Below, piece after piece: positions 11,946 through 27,500 of a stretch of 64,000 bases of DNA (the first letter of the stretch is position 1; each line of letters opens with the position of its first letter). The DNA comes from Eledone cirrhosa (taxonomy: Eukaryota): positions 385,888,001 through 385,952,000 of the forward strand of contig OZ024741.1 in NCBI GenBank assembly GCA_964016885.1. Direction: 5' to 3'. Both the position numbers and the translations under genes were made by a program. The notes under the pieces were generated by a model. It was not told the DNA's origin. It made no database searches and worked only from the letters and a program-made list of their open reading frames with translations.

Positions 11946-14151
11946 AGTCTTAAACATGACCTGCCATCTGTGAGTGTCTCCAAAGGTCATGATCATCTCA
12001 ATGTGTTTGAGAGTGACTACAAAGATCATATTTGCTACTCATCTTCTTCCCACAGTCACAGATGTCTTGAAAAGAAATGAATGGTCATAGACATTTTTTA
12101 CTCAATGTTTTTTTAGAGAAAGGCCTCAAATTTCATATAGCTTAGGGCAGGTGAAAATCCAGCCCTGGGGATGGTTATGGTGGTGGTGGTAGCATAGGCT
12201 ACTGCAACTGCTGATGCTGTTGTTGTTGTTTCTGTTTAGGCCCAGGCCAGCTATGATCAAATGGATTTATGGTAAAATTTATTTAAGGTTTGACCATCTT
12301 GCCTTTTTTTTAAAACATGGTATAACTAGGACTACTATACAAATTGTGTGTTGTGAGATCTGTTTCTAGCAGTTTCTGGCAACTAGATAGTCCTCTTACA
12401 TGTTCAGCTGTTTCAGTTTTATTGCAACTAAAACCATAAGGGTGGGGTTGGATGGGGAATGTGTACTCCCTGTTTATTCCTTATTTTTAGTAACTATCTT
12501 CATTGACAAATTCTTTGATGGGAAACCCCCAAAATCCCACATAGATTCACAGAGCCTTAGCCATGCTATCACCCGCGGTAACACTGAGAGAGTATTGTCT
12601 TGCCTCAAAAAGTATTAAAAAGGTGGGTCCAATATCCATGGTGGTGTGTGACTGATTGATACACTTAGTGTTGACTTAATATTTTCTTTTGTTTTTATTC
12701 CATATTTTCACGTGAAATATTTATATAATCAAGTAATAGAGATATATGTATGTGTTGAATTGTGACAGCTATGGCGTTTGTTTTTGTAATTTCAAGCTAT
12801 CTATATTGTCAGCATATTTGTTTGGAGACAAATGTGAACTTTGCTATTATCGATATAATGTTCATGATATTTTCAACCCCAACAAAACAAGATTCACATT
12901 ATCTCCATACTCACAAGATCACTAAAATAAATACTGAAGTCAATCACCATCATTTAATGTCTGTTTTCCCTGCTAGCCATTGACCAAGTCAGTACTTAAT
13001 CAGAAATACTGACTTCTCAGATGGGTGGCAGACCTGCTTCTTGCTTACATACATCCCCACACTCTACATAGTGCATCAGGTGCATTTTATCGTGACACCA
13101 GCACAAGGGAGGTTGACATATCTTCAACGCAGCTGAAGAGTCCTTCCAACCCTTTGTTTGGAGGGTTTTCTAATGAAGAGGGAGGGGAAGGAGGAAGATT
13201 TTCCTTCTTATCACCAACCACACTATTATACTCTAAAAGGCAATGCTCCATCTTGACCACTGTCCAATGACTGAAATCAGTAAAAAGAATATACAGTATA
13301 TTGTCATAGCTGTGTGGTTGAGAAGTTTGAGAAGTGGCTTCTACCATAGGTTGACCAATTCTTTTGGTAGTTTGAAATTGTGGAGAAACCTATCATATAT
13401 ATATATATGTAATATGTAGATCCCGAGTTAAATCAGGAGTAACCACAGAAACTAAGGTACTCAATATATTAATAGAGTGTAAATATCATTATTAAATATA
13501 GAAAATTATTCAATTCCTGTATTGCCAATACAGGAATTGAATAATCAAGACCGTAGCGGTATGTCATATATCAAATCATATATTTTGTCTGATGAAAACG
13601 TTCTGAAACAACACAGTACCTTTGAAATATATATAATAAAGTATATATTTTGATTATGTGAATATTTTTCATTTGTTAACATTTTGAATAATATTAAAAA
13701 CTCCAGGAAAACTCTTTGTTGAATTCTTCTAATCTATTGTAAAATTGTATTTGTTGAGTAATCAACGAACCATACTAATTTTTGGTCATATATATATATA
13801 TAACATCCTATAAAGAAAATTTACACTTGGATGGATAGCTTATACCCTTATATGGACAAGACACGCCCTTGATGATATGGCCAGTTCACTGTGTGCCCTT
13901 TTAACAATCAGTCTGGAATTGACCGTTGAAAGGCAAGAGCTCAGCCATCAGGCCCCGTCTCTTTATTATATAGCCATACTCTACTATCCCAAATATTGAG
14001 TACTTTGTTGAGTAATGGTCTAACTAATTTTATCTGGTTCTATCCTTATATATATGTCATCATCATTTAACATCCATTTTCCACGTTAACATGGGTTTTA
14101 AATATATATATAACTAACAAATAGTTTATCGCTCTACATGGCTGAATACAA

Positions 14152-14760
14152 TAAATGTAATCTGAGTTTTTCGAATATTAATAATAATATTTGATTCATT
14201 TGCAATTATGCAAATAGCCTCTTTAAGCCATGTCAGTAGAATGACTCCGTCATTCTTGCTGTTGTGTTGGCATGTAAACAGAACTGCAGACACTAATGTT
14301 TCTGGGTGATTACCCTTCTTCAGTACACTATAATGCTTACCTGCCAACTGTCAGAGCTAGTGAAATTTGAATATGGCAAAGCTGGCCATTAATCGCTCAT
14401 ATACATGAAACTGACTGGCCTATCTGCTGATATGCAAATCTGGCTGATCCGTGGGTCTGCTATTATGCAGATCTGACTGATCAGGCAGCTGTTAATATGC
14501 AAATCAGGCTGATCAGTCACTGTATATTCTAGAAAATATCATATATTTTCACTAGCTCTGACAGTTGGTAGGTAAGCAGTATACTGTACTGATGAAGGGT
14601 AATCACCCAGAGACATCAGTATCTGCAGTTCTGTTTACATGCTAACACAAGAGCAAAAATGATGAGGTCATTCTACTGACATGGCTTAAAGAGGCTGTTT
14701 GCATAATTGCAAACGAATTGAATATTATTATTAATATTCAAAAAACTCAGATTACATTTA
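14152..14760. repeat. Long inverted repeat (~215-bp arms, 14152-14368 and 14545-14760) with a hammerhead-like motif in each arm; probable PLE pseudo-LTR relic or MITE
   Basis: taaatgtaatctgagtttt...tcagagctagtgaaa is the reverse complement of tttcactagctctgac...aaaactcagattacattta. The spacer has short repeats (atgcaaatctggctgatc). Confidence 0.85.
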
Positions 14761-14843
14761 GGGGAAAAGCGGACGTAAAATGATGATATATATATAAATA
14801 AAAGCAAAATTTATTTTTGTTCCTAATGTGGTGGATACCTAAA

Positions 14844-15188
14844 TGTATTCGTGAGTGAATAATAATGATATTATAATAGTATCATAATATTATTAATATT
14901 TGGTTTGTTTACAAGTAAACAGCTTCATGTATACATTTGAGAATACATAATATTCTCAGCAGACCAACGAATAACTGAGACAACAGAATACACAACCTTG
15001 ACAAAGAGCAAGAAACTCAAAAACAATTAACAATTGTCAATTATTTTTTCTCAGCTACCGTTGGAACAAAAGGATGACGTCATCATCTCTACCACGTGGT
15101 GTTTTATGAAGCTGTTTACTTGTAAACAAACCAAATATTAATAATATTATGATATTATTATAATATCATTATTATTCACTCACGAATA

Positions 15189-15190
<2 letters not shown>
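14844..15190. repeat. Inverted repeat (~85-bp arms, 14844-14928 and 15106-15190)
   Basis: tgtattcgtgagtgaataat...acaagtaaacagcttcat pairs with atgaagctgtttacttgt...attattcactcacgaataca. Confidence 0.88.
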
Positions 15191-15219
<29 letters not shown>

Positions 15220-16418
15220 ACAAAGGAAATGTGGTACGGAACCAGATGGACCATAACACACCAGAGTACTCAATACTTAGAGTAGTAGAGTGGGAAATAG
15301 TCCAGAAATAGCCGTCGAAACGGCTTGAGCTCTGCCGTCGGGGGTCATACTTTTTCCTATATATATAATAGTAATAATAATGAATTTGAAGACTAAAATC
15401 CAAAGGGTTAAATGTGTGTCATTCTTTTTAATGGTATAACACCATGAATAGTGAGAAAATGGAATAGAAGTAAAATATAAAGAAACAATAAAATACATAT
15501 ACAATAAAAATCAGAAAGGACAGAAAGACAAAATAGAGTATTAAAAATGTGTGTGTGTGTTTAAATCACTTAAAATCCTCTGTTTATTTCCTGTAATTTA
15601 GCAGTTCAATACAGCCAAACTGACAAAATAAGTATCAGACTTAAACACTAAGAACTGGGTTTGATGATTAACTAAACTCCAGCAGAGTTGCAGTTCAATG
15701 GTTAAAACCAGATTTATTTTCAATTCTTTTTAATTTCTATTTTTCAATTTCTTCATATTTTCAATATTTTATTCCTAGCATCCACCTTATTTTCAATATT
15801 TATTCTTCTTTTCCATTTTTTTCAATCAAATCTTTTTTCTCCCTCTCTTTTTTCTCCCTCTCTTTTTTTTCCCCTTTATTTTACTCTGAAAATTTTTCCA
15901 ATGTTTTCCAGCCGACCTTCCATTTTTTCACCCTCCCACTCGACTTCTGATATTTTTTCATCACCCCAGTAACGTACTTGGAATGATTTATTTGACTTTC
16001 CCTTCACCCCAAATTATTGGCCTTGTGCCTGAATCAGAAATTATTATTATTAGGAAGAACAGTTCACTGAATGGGAAATCAAGAGAGTGACAAGAAAAGG
16101 TATTCTCAGTGGGGCCAATGTGTCACTTTGCTTGTATCTTTGGGAAAGACATGAACATTGCAACATCCTATTTGACCCCCCCCCCCCCCACCTTTAAAGA
16201 ATCAACTTCAAACCTGCTCTGAGAAATTTCAATATTCCTCTTTAATCCATCTCTCTTATTCAATTGTAAAACAATTTAAGGAAATGGAAATGAGGTGGAG
16301 TGAGGGAACAATGAAGAATTCTTTTTTTAATGTTTAATGAGAGAGGGAAGGACCATACCCATGACCTCTTTCTGTCTCAACCTGTCTGTCTGTCTGTCTG
16401 TCTCTGTCTGTCTGTCTC

Positions 16419-16449
<31 letters not shown>

Positions 16450-16812
16450 GTTGCTCTCACACACACAAAAAACATTTCTCATACATTCTTCTTCCTATCT
16501 TTTGCTTTGACTATATATATCTTATTTGCCAGGAGTTTTAACCAGTAGATAGTATTAACAAGTGGAAAGACCAATGGAAACATCATTTCCTTGGTCTGAT
16601 CTGATGAGGTAAACCCCACTCAGTAAGCAAATGAAGTCTGGGATCTTGATTCAAATCAATATATATATCTTTTTCTATTTGTTCTCATTTTCTCTCAGTC
16701 TTTCTTTGTCTCCCCTCTCTCTTATAGCTCTTTACCCCCTCCCCCTCTTTCTCTCCTGCACATAAAACAGCTCCCTGCTATTGTTTCTCTCTTACACTGT
16801 ATTAAACTCTAG

Positions 16813-16922
16813 GTGGCCGTGACACAGCTGGTTTAGGGGGAATTGGTGGTCCATATCGACTTGACAGTGGACACAATGTTCACCAGGTCTCCCAGGCTGA
16901 GAAAGATGCTGTCCCTGAACAT
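16813..16922 (+). CDS. VWA8: VWA8 exon: GRDTAGLGGIGGPYRLDSGHNVHQVSQAEKDAVPEH
   Basis: ctctag acceptor, gtgagt donor. Contains the diagnostic motif GRDTAGLGGxGGPYRLDxGHxVxQVSQAEKDAVPE. Confidence 0.96.
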
Positions 16923-16944
16923 GTGAGTCTTTTTATACATATTT

Positions 16945-17250
16945 CTACCTGTCCATCTGTCTCTTTATCTATGAATCTATTTATCTACCTATCCATCTGT
17001 CTGTTTATCTATTAATCTACCTGTTTACCTGTCCATATGTTTGTTTATCTACTCCTTTATCTGTTTACCTGTCAACTGCCCATCTTTCATCTACCTATCA
17101 TCTGTCCATCTACCCATTCATCTATCTGTTACCTGTTCATCTATTTGTCTACCTGTTCGTTTATCTTTCTATCTACTCATCTATCTGTCTACCTGTTTAC
17201 CTGTTCATCTATCTGTCTACCTCTTCATTTATCTATCTACCTGTTCATGT
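16945..17250 (+). repeat. Degenerate ~12-bp tandem repeat (atctacctgttc-like) filling a 334-bp intron
   Basis: Repeated atctacctgt and atctgtct units between exons 16813-16922 and 17257-17303. Confidence 0.8.
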
Positions 17251-17256
17251 ATCTAG

Positions 17257-17303
17257 GTTAGAAAAGCTGCCCGAGAGATGGCTGAAAAAGCATTCAAAGA
17301 AAG
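17257..17303 (+). CDS. VWA8: VWA8 47-nt exon: VRKAAREMAEKAFKE(R)
   Basis: atctag acceptor, gtgagt donor, phases 0 and 2. Matches VWA8 VKRAAREMGQRAFQQR. Confidence 0.93.
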
Positions 17304-17501
17304 GTGAGTATGAAGTGAATATCCTTTAATTTCGTAGGAAATATCTAAAAAGAGGTTTGTTAATTTAAATGTTGCTAGTACTTTTACTGGTGGACAGGGT
17401 TGTGAAAATTTACAGTATTAGCATAAACATTTTAATTTTTAATGGGATGCAGTCAAAGAGGTGTCTCAATAAATAAACAATATTTGATTTATGGAATATA
17501 T

Positions 17502-17810
17502 GGCAAATGTCCCGATGGAATCACCCTCTTCCCATTCAAAGGAGGACATGTTCTCTGCCTCCAGCTTAGTTGCTTCAGCCACTAACCCCGGTATTGTGGC
17601 CCGCCTTACGGAGGAACAGAAAATAAACTAATACCAGGGACTCTCCGGCCACTTCTTCTTTCCACCGGTTGCTGTCGAGACTTCAGGCATACTTGGACCC
17701 TGTACAGTCAAGCTCCTCTGCAAGATCGGAATGTTGGCGCTCTCGTCTGGGGTGGCTATTGCAGCAGTTCTTGCTGGCCATTGTCCGCAGGAATGCTTTT
17801 GCAATCTTGT
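17502..17810 (+). pseudogene. Relic restriction-like endonuclease (RLE) domain of a CRE-like non-LTR retrotransposon
   Basis: Manual translation gives GKCPDGITLFPFKGG...EEQKIN*YQGLSGHFFFPPVAVETSGILGPCTVKLLCKIG, matching the RPDGxTLxP..K..KY..L..F.P.A.ET.G..G pattern. Confidence 0.65.
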
Positions 17811-18633
17811 CCACAAGCCCCTCTACCGGCACGTCCTAGCCCAAGCATCCTCCCCTCCTCCTCTCCCCATTCTTCTGTGACACTAGAGTTCTTGCTATCC
17901 CCCGCTTCCCGTTTTTTTTCTCTTTATTCTTTAGAGGTGTCTTGTACTTGAATTGCTAATGTGGTTTCATGCAGTACAGGATGTTAAGAGTTTGGAAGCC
18001 AGTTACTTAAGGTCTTCAAGACAACTCATATGGGTTCAATTACAGTTACTGACATATATCTTTGTATTCAATATTGGGACAGGTTTATCATCCTCTTTTG
18101 CCTACATGAGCTTAGTAAAGGCAAACCTAGGACATGTGTTAGCAGTGACTTGTCAGATAGATAGATATATAGACAGACAGGCAGACATACAGACTGGCTG
18201 ACTGAGAGGGAGGGAGAGAGAGAGAGAATAAGACTTGAGCTCAGAATGCTAAGATCCAGAGCAAATATAACAAGGCACACATGTGGACACACACACACAC
18301 ATGTGCACACATACACATGTGTCCCCCCCCCCACACACACAATGACTGTGATGAAGAAGGTCATAAGTTCCAATTCTTCTATTGCTATTGTATTGTACCC
18401 TGAGTTCTACCCCATTCTACAGAACTAGCTTTGAGTTATCCCATTCTGCAGGGTTAGCTCTAAGTTCTACCCAATTCTACAGGGTTAGCTCTGAGTTCTG
18501 TCCCATTCTACAGGGTTAGCTCTATTTGTTGTCGTGGTTACTAATATGTAACTTGAGTATCTTCAATCTGAATCATTCATCACTGCCACCTCTTGCCTAG
18601 TGTCTAGTGATGTGGTAGTGATGTGAATGACTT

Positions 18634-21490
18634 GCAGATACTACACCACATCACCACCACAACCACATGTACTTCAACACCACCACCTCACAGATACTAC
18701 ACCACATCACCACCACAACCACATGTACTTCAACACCACCACCTCACAGATACTACACCACATCACCACCACCACCACATGTACTTCAACACCACCACCT
18801 CACAGATACTACACCACATCACCACCACCACCACATGTACTTCAACACCACCACCTCACAGATACTACACCACATCACCACCACATGTACTTCAACACCA
18901 CCACCTCACAGATACTACACCACATCACCACCACATGTACTTCAACACCACCACCTCACAGATACTACACCACATCACCACCACATGTACTTCAACACCA
19001 CCACCTCACAGATACTACACCACATCACCACCACATATACTTCAACACCACCACCTCACAGATACTACACCACATCACCACCACCACCACATGTACTTCA
19101 ACACCACCACCTCACAGATACTACACCACATCACCACCACCACCACATGTACTTCAACACCACCACCTCACAGATACTACACCACATCACCACCACCACC
19201 ACATGTACTTCAACACCACCACCTCACAGATACTACACCACATCACCACCGCCACCACATGTACTTCAACACCACCACCTCACAGATACTACACCACATC
19301 ACCACCACCACCACATGTACTTCAACACCACCACCTCACAGATACTACACCACAACACCACCACCACCACATGTACTTCAACACCACCACCTCACAGATA
19401 CTACACCACATCACCACCACATGTACTTCAACACCACCACCTCACAGATACTACACCACAACACCACCACCACCACATGTACTTCAACACCACCACCTCA
19501 CAGATACTACACCACATCACCACCACCACCACATGTACTTCAACACCACCACCTCACAGATACTACACCACATCACCACCACCACCACATGTACTTCAAC
19601 ACCACCACCTCACAGATACTACACCACAACACCACCACCACCACATGTACTTCAACACCACCACCTCACAGATACTACACCACAACACCACCACATGTAC
19701 TTCAACACCACCACCTCACAGATACTACACCACATCACCACACCACCACATGTACTTCAACACCACCACCTCACAGATACTACACCACACCACCACCACC
19801 ACCACATGTACTTCAACACCACCACCTCACAGATACTACACCACAACACCACCACCACCACATGTACTTCAACACCACCACCTCACAGATACTACACCAC
19901 ATCACCACCACATGTACTTCAACACCACCACCTCACAGATACTACACCACACCACCACCACCACCACATGTACTTCAACACCACCACCTCACAGATACTA
20001 CACCACAACACCACCACCACCACATGTACTTCAACACCACCACCTCACAGATACTACAACACACCACCACAACCACATGTACTTCAACACCACCACCTCA
20101 CAGATACTACACCACACCACCACCACCACATGTACTTCAACACCACCACCTCACAGATACTACACCACATCACCACCACCACCACATGTACTTCAACACC
20201 ACCACCTCACAGATACTACACCACATCACCACCACCACCACATGTACTTCAACACCACCACCTCACAGATACTACACCACACCACCACCACAACCACATG
20301 TACTTCAACACCACCACCTCACAGATACTACACCACACCACCACCACCACCACATATACTTCAACACCACCACCTCACAGATACTACACCACATCACCAC
20401 CACATGTACTTCAACACCACCACCTCACAGATACTACACCACACCACCACCACCACCACATGTACTTCAACACCACCACCTCACAGATACTACACCACAA
20501 CACCACCACCACCACATGTACTTCAACACCACCACCTCACAGATACTACAACACACCACCATCACCACCACATGTACTTCAACACCACCACCTCACAGAT
20601 ACTACACCACAACACCACCACCACCACATGTACTTCAACACCACCACCTCACAGATACTACAACACACCACCATCACCACCACATGTACTTCAACACCAC
20701 CACCTCACAGATACTACACCACATCACCACCACAACCACATGTACTTCAACACCACCACCTCACAGATACTACAACACACCACCATCACAACCACATGTA
20801 CTTCAACACCACCACCTCACAGATACTACACCACACCACCACAACCACATGTACTTCAACACCACCAGCTCACAGATACTACACCACACCACCACCACCA
20901 CATGTACTTCAACACCACCACCTCACAGATACTACACCACATCACCACCACCACCACATGTACTTCAACACCACCACCTCACAGATACTACACCACATCA
21001 CCACCACCACCACATGTACTTCAACACCACCACCTCACAGATACTACACCACACCACCACCACCACCACATGTACTTCAACACCACCACCTCACAGATAC
21101 TACACCACATCACCACCACCACCACATGTACTTCAACACCACCACCTCATGTACTTCAACACCACCACCTCACAGATACTACACCACACCACCACCACAA
21201 CCACATGTACTTCAACACCACCACCTCACAGATACTACACCACACCACCACCACCACATGTACTTCAACACCACCACCTCACAGATACTACACCACACCA
21301 CCACCACAACCACATGTACTTCAACACCACCACCTCACAGATACTACACCACACCACCACCACAACCACATGTACTTCAACACCACCACCTCACAGATAC
21401 TACACCACATCACCACCACATGTACTTCAACACCACCACCTCACAGATACTACACCACATCACCACCACCACCACATGTACTTCAACACC
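18634..21490 (+). repeat. Minisatellite with a 50-56-bp unit (cacagatactacaccacatc(acc)nacatgtacttcaacaccaccacct)
   Basis: About 50 tandem units varying in (CAC)n number. Source of the spurious 1262-1832 aa ORFs. Confidence 0.96.
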
Positions 21491-24400
21491 ACCACTACAC
21501 AAATACTACAACACACCACCACTACCACTACACAAATACTACAATACACCACTACACAAATACTACAACACACCACCACTACCACTACACAAATACTACA
21601 ACACACCACCACTACCACTACACAAATACTACAATACACCACTACACAAATACTACAACACACCACCACTACCACTACACAAATACTACAACACACCACC
21701 ACTACCACTACACAAATACTACAACACACCACCACTACCACTACACAAATATACTACAACACACCACCACTACCACTACACAAATACTACAACACACCAC
21801 CACTACCACTACACAAATACTACAACACACCACCACTACCACTACACAAATACTACAACACACCACCACTACCACTACACAAATACTACAACACACCACC
21901 ACTACCACTACACAAATACTACAACACACCACCACTACCACTACACAAATACTACAACACACCACCACTACCACTACACAAATACTACAACACACCACCA
22001 CTACCACTACACAAATACTACAACACACCACCACTACCACTACACAAATACTACAACACACCACCACTACCACTACACAAATACTACAACACACCACCAC
22101 TACCACTACACAAATACTACAACACACCACCACTACCACTACACAAATACTACAACACACCACCACTACCACTACACAAATACTACAACACACCACCACT
22201 ACCACTACACAAATACTACAACACACCACCACTACCACTACACAAATACTACAACACACCACCACTACTACTACACAAATACTACAACACACCACCACTA
22301 CCACTACACAAATACTACAACACACCACCACTACCACTACACAAATACTACAACACACCACCACTACCACTACACAAATACTACAACACACCAACACTAC
22401 CACTACACTAATACTACAATACACCACCACTACCACTACACAAATACTACAACACACCACCACTACCACTACACAAATACTACAATACACCACCACTACC
22501 ACTACACAAATACTACAATACACCACTACTACCACTACACAAATACTACAACACACCACCACTACCACTACACAAATACTACAACACACCACCACTACCA
22601 CTACACAAATACTACAATACACCACTACACAAATACTACAATACACCACTACTACCACTACACAAATACTACAATACACCACTACCACTACACAAATACT
22701 ACAACACACCACCACTACCACTACACAAATACTACAACACACCACCACTACCACTACACAAATACTACAACACACCACCACTACCACTACACTAATACTA
22801 CAACACACCACCACTACCACTACACAAATACTACAACACACCACCACTACCACTACACAAATACTACAACACACCACCACTACCACTACACAAATACTAC
22901 AACACACCACCACTACCACTACACTAATACTACAACACACCACCACTACCACTACACAAATACTACAACACACCACCACTACAACACACCACCACTACCA
23001 CTACACAAATACTACAACACACCACCACTACCACTACACAAATACTACAACACACCACCACTACACAAATACTACAACACACCACCACTACCACTACACT
23101 AATACTACAACACACCACCACTACCACTACACAAATACTACAACACACCACCACTACACAAATACTACAACAGACCACCACTACCACTACACTAATACTA
23201 CAACACACCACCACTACCATTACACAAATACTACAATACACCACTACTACCACTACACAAATACTACAACACACCACCACTACCACTACACAAATACTAC
23301 AATACACCACCACTACTACTACACAAATACTACAATACACCACCACTACCACTACACAAATACTACAATACACCACTACTACCACTACACAAATACTACC
23401 ACACACCACCACTACCACTACACAAATACTACAATACACCACCACTACCACTACACAAATACTACAATACACCACCACTACCACTACACAAATACTACAA
23501 TACACCACCACTACCACTACACAAATACTACAATACACCACTACTACCACTACACAAATACTACAACACACCACCACTACCACTACACAAATACTACAAT
23601 ACACCACCACTACCACTACACAAATACTACAATACACCACCACTACCACTACACAAATACTACAACACACCACCACTACACAAATACTACAACAGACCAC
23701 CACTACCACTACACTAATACTACAACACACCACCACTACCACTACACAAATAGTACAATACACCACTACTACCACTACACAAATACTACAACACACCACC
23801 ACTACCACTACACAAATACTACAATACACCACTACTACCACTACACAAATACTACAACACACCACCACTACCACTACACAAATACTACAACACACCACCA
23901 CTACCACTACACAAATACTACAACACACCACCACTACCACTACACTAATACTACAATACACCACCACTACCACTACACAAATAGTACAATACACCACTAC
24001 TACCACTACACAAATACTACAACACACCACCACTACCACTACACAAATACTACAATACACCACTACTACCACTACACAAATACTACAACACACCACCACT
24101 ACCACTACACAAATACTACAACACACCACCACTACCACTACACACCACCACTACCACTACACTAATACTACAATACACCACCACTACCACTACACAAATA
24201 GTACAATACACCACTACTACCACTACACAAATTCTACAACACACCACCACTACCACTACACAAATACTACAACACACCAACACTACCACTACACTAATAC
24301 TACAATACACCACCACTACCACTACACTAATACTACAATACACCACCACTACCACTACACAAATAGTACAATACACCACTACTACCACTACACAAATTCT

Positions 24401-27400
24401 ACAACACACCACCACTACCACTACACAAATACTACAACACACCAACACTACCACTACACTAATACTACAATACACCACCACTACCACTACACAAATACTA
24501 CAACACACCAACACTACCACTACACTAATACTACAATACACCACCACTACCACTACACAAATACTACAACACACCACCACTACCACTACACAAATACTAC
24601 AATACACCACCACTACCACTACACAAATACTACAATACACCACTACTACCACTACACAAATACTACAACACACCACCACTACCACTACACAAATACTACA
24701 ACACACCACCACTACCACTACACAAATACTACAATACACCACTACACAAATACTACAATACACCACTACTACCACTACACAAATACTACAATACACCACT
24801 ACCACTACACAAATACTACAACACACCACCACTACCACTACACAAATACTACAACACACCACCACTACCACTACACAAATACTACAATACACCACCACTA
24901 CCACTACACTAATACTACAACACACCACCACTACCACTACACAAATACTACAACACACCACCACTACACAAATACTACAACACACCACCACTACCACTAC
25001 ACAAATACTACAACACACCACCACTACCACTACACTAATACTACAACACACCACCACTACCACTACACAAATACTACAACACACCACCACTACACAAATA
25101 CTACAACACACCACCACTACAACACACCACCACTACCACTACACAAATACTACAACACACCACCACTACCACTACACAAATACTACAACACACCACCACT
25201 ACACAAATACTACAACACACCACCACTACCACTACACTAATACTACAACACACCACCACTACCACTACACAAATACTACAATACACCACTACTACCACTA
25301 CACAAATACTACAACACACCACCACTACCACTACACAAATACTACAATACAACACCACTACCACTACACAAATACTACAACACATCACCACTACCACTAC
25401 ACAAATACTACAACACACCACCACTACCACTACACAAATACTACAATACACCACCACTACCACTACACAAATACTACAACACACCACCACTACCACTACA
25501 CTAATACTACAACACACCACCACTACCACTACACAAATAGTACAATACACCACTACTACCACTACACAAATTCTACAACACACCACCAATACCACTACAC
25601 AAATACGACAATACACCACCACTACCACTACACAAATACTACAATACACCACCACTACCACTACACAAATACTACAACACACCACCACTACCACTACACA
25701 AATACTACAATACACCACCACTACCACTACACAAATACTACAACACACCACCACTACCACTACACAAATACTACAACACACCACCACTACCACTACACAA
25801 ATACTACAACACACCACCACTACCACTACACAAATACTACAATACACCACCACTACCACTACACAAATACTACAACACACCACCACTACCACTACACAAA
25901 TACTACAACACACCACCACTACCACTACACAAATACTACAATACACCACCACTACCACTACACAAATACTACAACACACCACCACTACCACTACACAAAT
26001 ACTACAACACACCACCACTACCACTACACAAATACTACAATACACCACCACTACCACTACACAAATACTACAACACACCACCACTACCACTACACTAATA
26101 CTACAACACACCACCACTACCACTACACAAATAGTACAATACACCACTACTACCACTACACAAATTCTACAACACACCACCACTACCACTACACAAATAC
26201 GACAATACACCACCACTACCACTACACAAATACGACAATACACCACCACTACCACTACACAAATACTACAATACACCACCACTACCACTACACAAATACT
26301 ACAACACACCACCACTACCACTACACAAATACTACAATACACCACCACTACCACTACACAAATACTACAACCCACCACCACTACCACTACACAAATACTA
26401 CAACACACCACCACTACCACTACACAAATATTACAATACACCACCACTACCACTACACAAATACTACAACACACCACCACTACCACTACACTAATACTAC
26501 AATACACCACCACTACCACTACACAAATAGTACAATACACCACTACTACCACTACACAAATCCTACAACACACCACCACTACCACTACACAAATACTACA
26601 ACACACCAACACTACCACTACACTAATACTACAATACACCACCACTACCACTACACAAATACTACAACACACCACCACTACCACTACACAAATACTACAA
26701 TACACCACCACTACCACTACACAAATACGACAATACACCACCACTACCACTACACAAATACTACAATACACCTCTACTACCACTACACAAATACTACAAT
26801 ACACCACCACTACCACTACACAAATACTACAACACACCACCACTACCACTACACAAATACTACAATACACCACCACTACCACTACACAAATACTACAACA
26901 CACCACCACTACCACTACACAAATACTACAACACACCACCACTACCACTACACAAATACTACAACACACCACCACTACCACTACACTAATACTACAATAC
27001 ACCACCACTACCACTACACAAATAGTACAATACACCACTACTACCACTACACAAATCCTACAACACACCACCACTACCACTACACAAATACTACAACACA
27101 CCAACACTACCACTACACTAATACTACAATACACCACCACTACCACTACACAAATACTACAACACACCACCACTACCACTACACAAATACGACAATACAC
27201 CACCACTACCACTACACAAATACTACAACACACCACCACTACCACTACACTAATACTACAACACACCAACACTACCACTACACTAATACTACAATACACC
27301 ACCACTACCACTACACAAATACTACAATACACCACCACTACCACTACACAAATACTACAACACACCACCACTACCACTACACAAATACTACAACACACCA

Positions 27401-27500
27401 CCACTACCACTACACACCACCACTACCACTACACAAATACTACAATACACCACTACTACCACTACACAAATACTACAATACACCACCACTACCACTACTA
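21491..27500 (+). repeat. Minisatellite with a 33-bp unit (cacaaatactacaacacaccaccactaccacta), about 6 kb
   Basis: Tandem 33-mers giving an 11-aa period (QILQHTTTTTT); G is nearly absent on the + strand. Decays into (CAC/CAT/AAC)n up to about 27780. Confidence 0.96.

Noticed and set aside
11459-12080. Overlapping periodic ORFs on both strands
   Set aside because: Product of the 39-bp minisatellite plus a SINE.
13589-13615. CTGATGA..GAAA hammerhead-like core
   Set aside because: Stems I and II are poorly paired and the cleavage triplet is lost; at best a decayed PLE remnant.
16528-16650. Related motif in two successive introns (also 9718-9840) with TGATGA, suggesting a C/D snoRNA or hammerhead
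   Set aside because: No consistent C/D box pair with a terminal stem and no complete HHR topology. The 9.7 kb copy is embedded in a degenerate SINE-like repeat, so a dispersed repeat fragment is more likely.
18634-21490. CRISPR-like regularly spaced repeat
   Set aside because: There are no unique spacers (only (CAC)n length variation), no cas genes, and the context is a eukaryotic intron.
18623-27410. Very long His/Thr/Pro-rich (+) and Val/Cys-rich (-) ORFs up to 1832 aa
   Set aside because: They arise from stop-free tandem units open in all three + frames at once, lie inside a VWA8 intron, and have no unique domain.
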